DNA of 31,067 nt, taken from positions 1 through 31,067 of the IMG/VR virus record IMGVR_UViG_3300032324_000422, one strand, 5' to 3'. The notes beneath the pieces were generated by a model. That model made no database searches and was not told the DNA's origin. It saw nothing but the letters and a program-made list of their open reading frames with translations. The position numbers and the translations under genes are program-made. This DNA is from a virus (lineage: Duplodnaviria > Caudoviricetes). Numbering within the stretch: the stretch's first letter is position 1; each line of letters begins with the position of its first letter. Shown here one piece after another: positions 23,738 to 31,067 of this stretch.

Positions 23738-23745
23738 CAAACCTA
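23738..23745 (-). promoter_or_regulatory. -7 element TAGGTTTG for the phosphoesterase operon
   Basis: caaaccta on + strand, 20 nt upstream of the ATG. Confidence 0.5.
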
Positions 23746-23746
23746 C

Positions 23747-23773
23747 AAAAAAAGTATTGAATAACAATACTTT
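23747..23773 (-). terminator. Terminator after the endolysin gene
   Basis: aaagtattg-aataa-caatacttt with a U-tract on the minus strand. Confidence 0.6.
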
Positions 23774-24221
23774 AAGGTAAAAAATATAAATCAGCTTCTT
23801 CGATTCTTCTATTGGTTAAGCCATTAATAACTTTACCATTAGCTTTGTTCCATCGTAAAAACTCCGCTTTTATTGTTAAATCATTTGGGTTTTTATTCAC
23901 TTTTTTTAATAAAGTAGATGAAGAAAAATTACCAGTTCCAACATTGTAAGCAAATGAAACTAATGCATTAAATTGATTTTGATTTATATTTGATGTTACC
24001 AATGTATCCACTCTTTTAGCAAATCTATTAGCTATTTCTTTAAACATTTCAAAAGCTTCTTGTTTAGTAATATCCTTATCCAATAAAGTTACTTTTTTAC
24101 CATCTAAATAATATGTATTTCCGTAACCTATTGTTGGTATTTTAGCTGGACATAAATAAGGTTTTAATCTTAACCCTTCGTGTTTAGTTATAAATAAATA
24201 ACCTTTATTATCTAAAATCAT
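23772..24221 (-). CDS. Endolysin, GH24 phage lysozyme
   Basis: 'HEGLRLKPYLCPAKIPTIGYG', 'QFNALVSFAYNVG', 'GL.NRR..E'. Confidence 0.93.
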   Translation of the reverse strand: MILDNKGYLFITKHEGLRLKPYLCPAKIPTIGYGNTYYLDGKKVTLLDKDITKQEAFEMFKEIANRFAKRVDTLVTSNINQNQFNALVSFAYNVGTGNFSSSTLLKKVNKNPNDLTIKAEFLRWNKANGKVINGLTNRRIEEADLYFLP

Positions 24222-24631
24222 TTGTTACTTTTTTTATAAATTTCAAATTGCTTTTTTAATGCTTCGTGGTCTTTTTCTAAAGCAACATATTTTAATTCAA
24301 GCGCATCAAATTTATCCTTCCAATATTTTGAAGCTTCTACTTCTTTTGCGTAGGCCAAATACAAATCATTAAACTGCTTTTGTAAACTTCTAACATCATT
24401 TCTTAATTCTGAAATATCTTTAGTTTGTTCAACGTTACAAGCTCTTAATTCATCCCTATCAGTTTTTAAATCTTCAACCAAAGAATCATAAATATTTTGA
24501 ACTTTAGTTAAAAAGTCGCCATTGCTATTTTTTATTTCAACTTTTTTAGCTTGTTTTCCGCCAAATATCCAAGCTATTGGAATTGATATTGTACTAACTA
24601 TTGCAACCCAATTTTCTAATAACCAAATCAT
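24218..24631 (-). CDS. Putative holin (N-terminal TM helix plus coiled coil)
   Basis: Hydrophobic N-terminus; ATGA overlap with the endolysin gene. Confidence 0.55.
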   Translation of the reverse strand: MIWLLENWVAIVSTISIPIAWIFGGKQAKKVEIKNSNGDFLTKVQNIYDSLVEDLKTDRDELRACNVEQTKDISELRNDVRSLQKQFNDLYLAYAKEVEASKYWKDKFDALELKYVALEKDHEALKKQFEIYKKSNK

Positions 24632-24635
24632 AACT

Positions 24636-24806
24636 TTATATTTCTATTGCACCTTCGTAAAACTCCCTTGTTTCAAAATTGAAATATGGTTTTTCATATA
24701 AAACAAGTAATAGTTCATCTATTGCGATTTCATTTTCTTGTAGTTCATACTCTACTGCTGTACAATATAAAAATTCTCCTGTTATTCCGTTTATAATTGA
24801 TTTCAT
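24636..24806 (-). CDS. Small acidic protein, possible tail-fibre chaperone (56 aa, MKSIINGITGEFLYC...)
   Basis: TAATG overlap with the fibre gene; missed by the ORF track. Confidence 0.6.
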   Translation of the reverse strand: MKSIINGITGEFLYCTAVEYELQENEIAIDELLLVLYEKPYFNFETREFYEGAIEI

Positions 24807-27205
24807 TAGTTTGTTATATTACATAAATTAGGTGTTACAGTATCTGAAATAGTAGCTAATTGTAAAGTAAAAAATAAATACAAAGTATTTGCAGTATTAT
24901 AAGTAGTTGAATTTCCAGCGGTGTTTACTGCTGTAACATCCGAAACTAATGAACTGCTAAAATTATATCCGGAAAGAGTTCCACCGTTCAAATCAAATGT
25001 TCTTGTCATCAGCGCATAAGTATTAGCAAGGACTGTAAAGTTTAATATCCCTATTTGTGTTGCACCAACTAAAGTGTTTGTAGTGTTTATTTTTAATCGC
25101 AAAGTAGTTGCCGAAGTATTTGACTTTGTAGCTTTAAACAATATTTTCATTACATCACTACTATTAAAAGTATCCCCATTAATAGTTGCGGTTGCTATAA
25201 CAGTTTCAGCTACTGTTCCTGTATGAGCAGTTTGTGAAGTTTGAACAAATTTAAAAGGGCTGTATGATAACGCATCTTGTTTATTATTAAAAGTACTCCA
25301 ATCTGTTGAACTTAATGCACCTCTATTTGATGCACTTGCAGTAGGTAAATTAAAAGTATGAGTATCCGTTGCTGAACTAATTGCAAAATCAGTTCCACTT
25401 GTTCCAACTGCTAAATTTTGTACTTGTGTAGTTAATCCATTTAATGCAGTTAATCCTGTTGTAAATGTTGTAAGTACTTCACAAAGATTTCCATTTTCTG
25501 TATGTAGTGTTATAGTTCTTCCACTTGTAATTACATAAATACGAATTGCTAACCTATCAGTAATAAGTAATGAAGTTTGTGGTACAGGAATTGAAGTAAA
25601 GTATTGGTCAACAGTTGTACCATTTGTAATACCTTCAGGATTTGCTGAACCACTTGCAACAAGCGTAAATGTATTTGTTTCACTTACTTTATAAAGTTCA
25701 GCGTAAAATTGTGGACTTCCACCTGTAGCACTTGATTGTAAATAAAATTCTACATTCCAATTACCACCGGGGATATTTAAAAATGAAGGATCTCCTGCAT
25801 CAGTTATAAATGATGCAATATATCCATTACCTTGACCATTTGTCCTTGTAAAATTAGTTCCAGCACCAAGTATTGGTGTTTTACTCATTTGATAATAAGT
25901 ATCTCCACCAAATGTACCTTGGGATACACTACCATTAAGGTAATAATTAACTGATGAACCACCACCTGTTGAATTAGGGAAATTAGCAAGTGTTCCATCA
26001 CCTCTAACATATTGAGAAACTAAACCTGCACCTGTTACAGCTATATCACCACTTGAAGTAATTGGGCTATTTGTTACGGTAAAAGCATATGGCATAGTTA
26101 AACCTACGGACGTAACGCCTCCGCTTGTAATATCAGAAAGCAAAGCTATTGTTCCATCAGCATCTTGAAAAGTTTGTACTTTATTTGTACCAACTATTGA
26201 AGTTGGATAGTTAATTTGTAAATTTTTAGTTGTGGTTTCATCAACATGGTATATACTATCAGATTTATAAATAGTTTGACTATCATCTCCATTTACAAAA
26301 AAACCATCACTATTTATAGAAGCACCTTTAGTAGGTTCAATAATACTTGAAACACTTACACTATCATCACCTAATGTTATAATAGATAAATCCCCTGTTA
26401 TTGTATTACCCTCATCAGTTACATCTTGAAGTGTTGAAGTGGTAATATCAGAAAGTAAAGCCATTGTTCCACCTAATCCTCTTATAAAAACTTCTTCGTC
26501 AGGTGTTGATGTATTTTCAAATCTTAAAAGAGTATTTCCACCATCGTCTATATCTTCAAAAAGTATTCCGTTAGATTGTAAAGTGAATGATTTTTCGCTA
26601 TCGTAAACTTTTATAGGATTTGTTGTTTCATTTCCTTCATCAGTAACTTGTTGAAGATTTTGAGAACCACCGCCACCTGTTGCGCTTACAATAGGATTTG
26701 CAGGATCGGTATTGTCAACAGTAATATTTGTTCCTGCTATAATATTTTGAACACCAAATATAATTTCATTAATAACTGGGTTTAAAGGATCAGTATTATC
26801 AACTGCGCTTCCGGTTACAGTTTGAACTGTTCCGCTTAATGCATTTATAGGAATTTCAACAGCTAACTGCCAATGGTCACTCAAACTCATTATCGCATTT
26901 AAGTTTTCCGTACAAATAACATCCGGATAACCATTAATATTTAAAAAAGTACCGGCACCACATAAAAAGAAACTTGGTAATTCGGGAACATCCGGCAACT
27001 GTTGGCCATCTGTAACTGATATCGCAATATAACCAACTCCACCACTTACACCAATAGAAGTAGCAACTAAATCAACTAATTCTTGAATAGTAGCCGATTT
27101 TAAGTCAGTTCCTACAGTATGAGGAAATAAATTTGTTAAACTTAACGTTTCATCCGGTAGTTGGTCAACTCTTATCGTTGTAATTAATTCGGGATTTATT
27201 GCCAT
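24806..27205 (-). CDS. Tail fibre/receptor-binding protein
   Basis: 799 aa, Thr/Gly/Ser-rich; fibre motifs 'VTSVGL', 'YVRGDGTLA', 'GALSSTDWSTFNNKQDAL'; internal repeats. Confidence 0.82.
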   Translation of the reverse strand: MAINPELITTIRVDQLPDETLSLTNLFPHTVGTDLKSATIQELVDLVATSIGVSGGVGYIAISVTDGQQLPDVPELPSFFLCGAGTFLNINGYPDVICTENLNAIMSLSDHWQLAVEIPINALSGTVQTVTGSAVDNTDPLNPVINEIIFGVQNIIAGTNITVDNTDPANPIVSATGGGGSQNLQQVTDEGNETTNPIKVYDSEKSFTLQSNGILFEDIDDGGNTLLRFENTSTPDEEVFIRGLGGTMALLSDITTSTLQDVTDEGNTITGDLSIITLGDDSVSVSSIIEPTKGASINSDGFFVNGDDSQTIYKSDSIYHVDETTTKNLQINYPTSIVGTNKVQTFQDADGTIALLSDITSGGVTSVGLTMPYAFTVTNSPITSSGDIAVTGAGLVSQYVRGDGTLANFPNSTGGGSSVNYYLNGSVSQGTFGGDTYYQMSKTPILGAGTNFTRTNGQGNGYIASFITDAGDPSFLNIPGGNWNVEFYLQSSATGGSPQFYAELYKVSETNTFTLVASGSANPEGITNGTTVDQYFTSIPVPQTSLLITDRLAIRIYVITSGRTITLHTENGNLCEVLTTFTTGLTALNGLTTQVQNLAVGTSGTDFAISSATDTHTFNLPTASASNRGALSSTDWSTFNNKQDALSYSPFKFVQTSQTAHTGTVAETVIATATINGDTFNSSDVMKILFKATKSNTSATTLRLKINTTNTLVGATQIGILNFTVLANTYALMTRTFDLNGGTLSGYNFSSSLVSDVTAVNTAGNSTTYNTANTLYLFFTLQLATISDTVTPNLCNITN
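26127..26471. repeat. 30-bp direct repeat pair inside the fibre gene (26127-26156 and 26442-26471; 28/30 identical)
   Basis: gtaatatcagaaagYaaagcYattgttcca, encoding GT(I/M)ALLSDIT. Confidence 0.85.
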
Positions 27206-27209
27206 ATTT

Positions 27210-27758
27210 TTATAATTTCATTATTTTTAACAATACCATATAAGGTTGCATATTTTTATTAATTCCGCTTTGGCCTTCGCTATTTGTTCTTGAATAAACT
27301 ACGTCACTACCCGAAGTCAAACCAATTCCCGAAAAGGTTATAGTTCCCGTTCCAGATCCGTAAGAACCTACTCCATGAGTATGCTCCACAACAACAGCAT
27401 TTTTACTCCCTCCAATAGCTTTAATAACATTGTAATTTACTCCATAGCCAATACTCACTAAACCATCTAAATTTGGAGTTCCGTTTTGCCCATTACAAAT
27501 AGCATAACCTTCACATAAATTAACTCCTAATCCTGTTTCATCAAAATTGTCGTCAATATAAGCTTGTGTAACCCATAAATCTTTAATTTCAAATTGGAAA
27601 GCGTTAGCGTTTATATTGACAAAATCAACTAAATTTTGACCATCTATTTGTTGTAAATCAGTTCCGTTTTCAACTGCTATTTTAGAAGTTAATTCTATTG
27701 TGCCTGTTGGTAACTCACCAACTCGAATTGTGGTTATTAATGCTGGATTTATTGCCAT
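27210..27758 (-). CDS. Short tail fibre/tail-collar domain protein
   Basis: 'GYAICNGQNGTPNL.G', 'GG...EHTH', 'NMQPY.VL..IMK' collar-type motifs. Confidence 0.8.
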   Translation of the reverse strand: MAINPALITTIRVGELPTGTIELTSKIAVENGTDLQQIDGQNLVDFVNINANAFQFEIKDLWVTQAYIDDNFDETGLGVNLCEGYAICNGQNGTPNLDGLVSIGYGVNYNVIKAIGGSKNAVVVEHTHGVGSYGSGTGTITFSGIGLTSGSDVVYSRTNSEGQSGINKNMQPYMVLLKIMKL

Positions 27759-28270
27759 TATTCTGTTGTTTTAATTATATAATTTGCATCTGTATTTGTT
27801 GTAAGTATTACATCCGGATCACCATCGTTCAATACAAATTCACCTAATCCTCTTGTTTGCGGTATTCCATAACCAACCATTGAACCACTAAAAGTTAAAA
27901 AGTCATCAACTGATGAAGCTTCTGAAATTTCAGTAATATAGCATTTGCCATAATCAACTGTTGGAAATAAAGTGCCTTGTATCTTCCAATCTAATAATAT
28001 TTTTGAACGTTTTAATAATTTTAATTTATCGTAAGATGCAACCGTAAAAGTTCCACCCGCTACAGCTGTATTAATTTGTATTCCTTCAAATGAAATACTA
28101 TAGCCTTGCATCATTGGTCTTGAAGTATTCCATCCATTATTATCTCTTGTAGTTGTAGATAGCATTTCGGCATTTTCTGAAATTGAATTACTTGTTAAAC
28201 AGCCAATTGGTAACCAGTTCCCTTGTTGTTTAATATACAAAATCCTATCGTTGCCATTGTAGAAATCCAT
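27758..28270 (-). CDS. Second tail-tube-fold protein (paralog of 4249-4692)
   Basis: Shares ILYI...P.(G/A)CLTSN...M..TT...W(K)...YG..YIT..S...TFS....G.G with the major tail protein. Confidence 0.75.
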   Translation of the reverse strand: MDFYNGNDRILYIKQQGNWLPIGCLTSNSISENAEMLSTTTRDNNGWNTSRPMMQGYSISFEGIQINTAVAGGTFTVASYDKLKLLKRSKILLDWKIQGTLFPTVDYGKCYITEISEASSVDDFLTFSGSMVGYGIPQTRGLGEFVLNDGDPDVILTTNTDANYIIKTTE

Positions 28271-28291
28271 TAAAAGTAGTTTTAATTACTA

Positions 28292-28351
28292 CAAATGTAG
28301 TAAAAAATATTCTTTGTTTATAATCATTCTAAATAAATTTTATTACATTTG
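28292..28351. promoter_or_regulatory. Divergent promoter pair (TACATTTG at 28292-28299 on minus, 28344-28351 on plus)
   Basis: Identical -7 elements back-to-back between the divergent genes. Confidence 0.7.
28316..28334. promoter_or_regulatory. 19-bp palindromic operator, copy C (Fur-box-like)
   Basis: GTTTATAATCATTCTAAAT, 9 nt upstream of the portal -7 element. Confidence 0.6.
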
Positions 28352-28369
28352 TACATATAAACAATACCA

Positions 28370-29755
28370 ATGGTAAAAAATAGAATCGCTTTAGCTTGGG
28401 ATGTATTAAGAGGTGCAAATAAAAACCTATTTAACGAAAGCATTTATAAATTAGTCGGAGGCCTTACTTCCACATATAATTCTACTTTAGAAACTTTAAT
28501 AACAAAAGGTTATGGAGAAAATCCTGATGTTAATGCAATAGTAAATCAACAAGCGTCAAAAACAACATCAGTTCCTTATTGCGTAAAAAAAATAGATGAT
28601 AAAGAGGCTTATAAAAAGTTAAAAAAATATCCTAACAATCCAACGTTTCAACAGAAGTTAGCAATTAACAAACTTAAACGCAAAGCTTACCAAACCGATA
28701 CGGAATTGCCAATGCCTTTAGAACGCCCTAATGTTAACCAAACATGGAACGATATATTTTTCTTATATAAAGTATATCTTAAAGTTTGCGGTAATGTTTA
28801 TTTTTATAAGCAAACAATTAGCGAAGGAGCAAACGCAGGTAACCCATTGCAACTTTATATCCTTCCTTCTCATTGGATGCAAATAGTATTGAAACCAAAT
28901 GCGGCTTTAATGAGTATTGAAAACCCGATTGATTATTATATTATGCAACAGGGGAATCAATTAATACGATTTGAAGCTGCTGATATAATCCACATTAAAC
29001 GCTCTAATCCTTTTTATAACCAAAGTGGATCACATCTTTACGGTTATAGTGAATTAATGGCCGCTATTAGAAATATAAATAGTTCTAATAACGCAATAGA
29101 TAATAATTCTAAAACAATGCTTAACAGCGGAGTTTATGGCTTTATTCACGCTGGTGATGGAGCAACACCATTAACAGCAGAGCAAGGTCAATCTTTAAAG
29201 GATAGGCTTGTTGAAATGGATAATGATAGTACAAGACTTTCAAACATTGCCGGAGCAAGTGCAAAATTAGGATTTACACGTATTTCACTTACAACCGATG
29301 AACTTAAGCCTTTTGACTATTTAAGTTTTGACAGACGTACTTTAGCAAATTGCCTTAACTGGAATGTTGATTTATTAAATGAAGAAAAGAACGGAAGCGG
29401 TTTTGGTGTTGATACAATGAATGAAGCACGAAAACGAGTTGTAACTGATAATATTAAACCCGATTTAGATTTGTTAGCGGAATATTTAAATCTTGAATTT
29501 ATACAAAAGTTTAAAGGTTATGAAAATGCCGAGATTGATTGGGATATTTCAGAACTACCGGAAATGCAAACAGACATGGAAACTATGTCTAAATGGGTTA
29601 ATTCTGTTCCTTTAACATTAAACGAAAGACGTGAAGTTTTCAATTATGAAGAAATTGACGATGAAATGATGAATGAAATTTACATCCCTACTGGAATAGT
29701 CAATTTAAACGATCCAACACTTAACACGTTAATGGATGGACAAACTACGCTTTAG
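28370..29755 (+). CDS. Portal protein, HK97 family
   Basis: 'LERPN..QT', 'GNVYFY', 'LYILP', 'DIIHIK', 'YGYS', 'LTLNERRE' portal motifs. Confidence 0.92.
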   Translation: MVKNRIALAWDVLRGANKNLFNESIYKLVGGLTSTYNSTLETLITKGYGENPDVNAIVNQQASKTTSVPYCVKKIDDKEAYKKLKKYPNNPTFQQKLAINKLKRKAYQTDTELPMPLERPNVNQTWNDIFFLYKVYLKVCGNVYFYKQTISEGANAGNPLQLYILPSHWMQIVLKPNAALMSIENPIDYYIMQQGNQLIRFEAADIIHIKRSNPFYNQSGSHLYGYSELMAAIRNINSSNNAIDNNSKTMLNSGVYGFIHAGDGATPLTAEQGQSLKDRLVEMDNDSTRLSNIAGASAKLGFTRISLTTDELKPFDYLSFDRRTLANCLNWNVDLLNEEKNGSGFGVDTMNEARKRVVTDNIKPDLDLLAEYLNLEFIQKFKGYENAEIDWDISELPEMQTDMETMSKWVNSVPLTLNERREVFNYEEIDDEMMNEIYIPTGIVNLNDPTLNTLMDGQTTL

Positions 29756-30479
29756 ACAAGAAGTTCAAGCCTACCGAATAGTTAGAAGGAATGTTATTAA
29801 AATAGTTAACGCTATTCCTTTTAATAATATGTCTAAATTAACTTATGAAGCTTTAATTAATTCAAATGTTACCGAAAAGCAAATAAAGGATATGTATAAA
29901 GAGATTTATACTACTTTAGGCAATCCACAATATAAACGTATTAAAAGAAGCATTAAAATTGTTGAATTAGACTTTGAGACAATTATAGCCAATTGGCTTA
30001 ACTCGAATATGGGTTTGCGTATTGTTTCCGTACATCAAACATTAATTGATGCCATTGTTGCTGTTATTGCTAAAGGATATGAAGATAATATTTCAGTTGC
30101 CGATATAACAAGAAACTTGCAAAACAAATTCGGATGGTATAAATACCAAGCTTTAAGAATAGCACGAACTGAAACTACAACCGCAACTAATTTCGCTACT
30201 GTTGTAGCTGCACAAAACTCCGACTTTGTATTAGAGAAAACTTGGATCAGCGTACAAGATAACAGGACCAGGAGACCGCCTAAATCTGTTTATGACCATT
30301 TAGATATGAATGGTGTTAAAGTTGATATTAATCAGCCATTTTTTACAAGTGGTGAATATATAATGTATCCTGGTGATCCAAATGCAAAGGCAGGAAATGT
30401 AATTAACTGCCGATGCAAAGTGGTGTTTACTGTTAAAGAAGATGAAAACGGATTACCAATAAGAAAAACTATCCTTTAA
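29736..30479 (+). CDS. Minor head protein (Mu gpF/SPP1 gp7-like)
   Basis: 'RIARTET', 'KTW...D.RTR...H', 'YPGDP...INCRC'. Confidence 0.9.
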   Translation: MDKLRFRQEVQAYRIVRRNVIKIVNAIPFNNMSKLTYEALINSNVTEKQIKDMYKEIYTTLGNPQYKRIKRSIKIVELDFETIIANWLNSNMGLRIVSVHQTLIDAIVAVIAKGYEDNISVADITRNLQNKFGWYKYQALRIARTETTTATNFATVVAAQNSDFVLEKTWISVQDNRTRRPPKSVYDHLDMNGVKVDINQPFFTSGEYIMYPGDPNAKAGNVINCRCKVVFTVKEDENGLPIRKTIL

Positions 30480-31067
30480 TAGTTGCCTTAACTGTATTAT
30501 TACCATAATCAGGACTTATCGTATATTGAATATCTGCAATGTCCGTATTATAAAATTGTAATAATTTAACTTTGGTTATATTATTTTTATAATCATAATC
30601 CCACTCAATAGGCATAAATAATCCAACTATATTATCAATAGTAACTACTGATAAGTAAGGAATATATCCATAAATATCACCAGTAAATAATTTAATAGGA
30701 TTTGATTGTATTCTTAAATCATCCATTGCGGAAATACCTAATAAAGGTAAATTTTCAAACTTATTTTTTCGAGTCCAACCTGTTGTTAAAGTTATTAAAT
30801 CATCTTTATATATAGAACCAATAAAAGAAGATATACCATCGCCATTAAATACTTTTTGATTTTCTTTAGTAATTGAGCTTGGAGGTTGTGAACGAGTAAC
30901 TGTATGAAATTCTCCAACCAAACCTTGTGATTCTAAAATATTGCTAATTAAATCAACAGAATCGTATCCTGCTGTTATGAAATCAGCAAAAGGATTACAT
31001 ATTATAATTTGTAAAGTACAATCATTAATTAAAGGAGGTAATGATAATTTAAAATTTGAATAAACTA
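30469..31067 (-). CDS. C-terminal part of the junction-spanning tail-tip protein (starts at 1750)
   Basis: In frame with 1-1750 through the 123-bp overlap; its stop overlaps the convergent MuF-like gene by 11 bp. Confidence 0.8.
   Translation of the reverse strand, partial: VYSNFKLSLPPLINDCTLQIIICNPFADFITAGYDSVDLISNILESQGLVGEFHTVTRSQPPSSITKENQKVFNGDGISSFIGSIYKDDLITLTTGWTRKNKFENLPLLGISAMDDLRIQSNPIKLFTGDIYGYIPYLSVVTIDNIVGLFMPIEWDYDYKNNITKVKLLQFYNTDIADIQYTISPDYGNNTVKATIKG
30945..31067. repeat. Terminal direct repeat, right copy
   Basis: Identical to 1-123. Confidence 0.97.

Noticed and set aside
24806-27758. Diversity-generating retroelement or invertible fibre cassette
   Set aside because: No reverse transcriptase or invertase; the repeats found are short direct repeats, not a ~100-bp template/variable pair.
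1-31067. Stop-codon reassignment or tRNA genes
   Set aside because: The standard code gives dense, full-length genes; no cloverleaf with T-loop and acceptor stem was seen in the short intergenic gaps.

Overview
Apparently complete, circularly assembled genome (30,944 bp; bases 1-123 are repeated exactly at 30945-31067) of a small siphovirus-like tailed phage. The host is probably a Bacteroidota/Flavobacterium: the DNA is AT-rich, carries Bacteroidota-type TAnnTTTG promoters and includes a Flavobacterium-like uvrA fragment. The minus strand encodes terS/terL, an HK97-type protease and capsid, head-tail joining proteins, tail tube, a tail chaperone with a -1 frameshift, tape measure, a 741-aa tail-tip protein spanning the contig junction, fibre genes and lysis genes (holin-like, GH24 lysozyme, u-spanin-like). 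The plus strand encodes the early/replication genes: a pentapeptide-repeat protein, an SSB-like protein, an origin-like iteron region, primase-SF3 helicase, SF2 helicase and VRR-NUC. No integrase, tRNA, CRISPR or reverse transcriptase was seen. Most notable observations: (1) three promoter-proximal two-hairpin RNAs whose loops are complementary, with compensatory changes between copies (kissing-loop RNA family), each preceding a small ORF; (2) a 19-bp Fur-box-like palindrome at fixed spacing in three structural-gene promoters; (3) an H-type pseudoknot ahead of the SSB-like gene, resembling the T4 gene 32 leader; (4) portal and MuF-like genes relocated and inverted into the tail module; (5) a ~1.85-kb truncated bacterial uvrA segment that cuts phage genes at both ends (host capture or chimeric sequence). 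All calls come from reading the sequence by eye; no searches were run.
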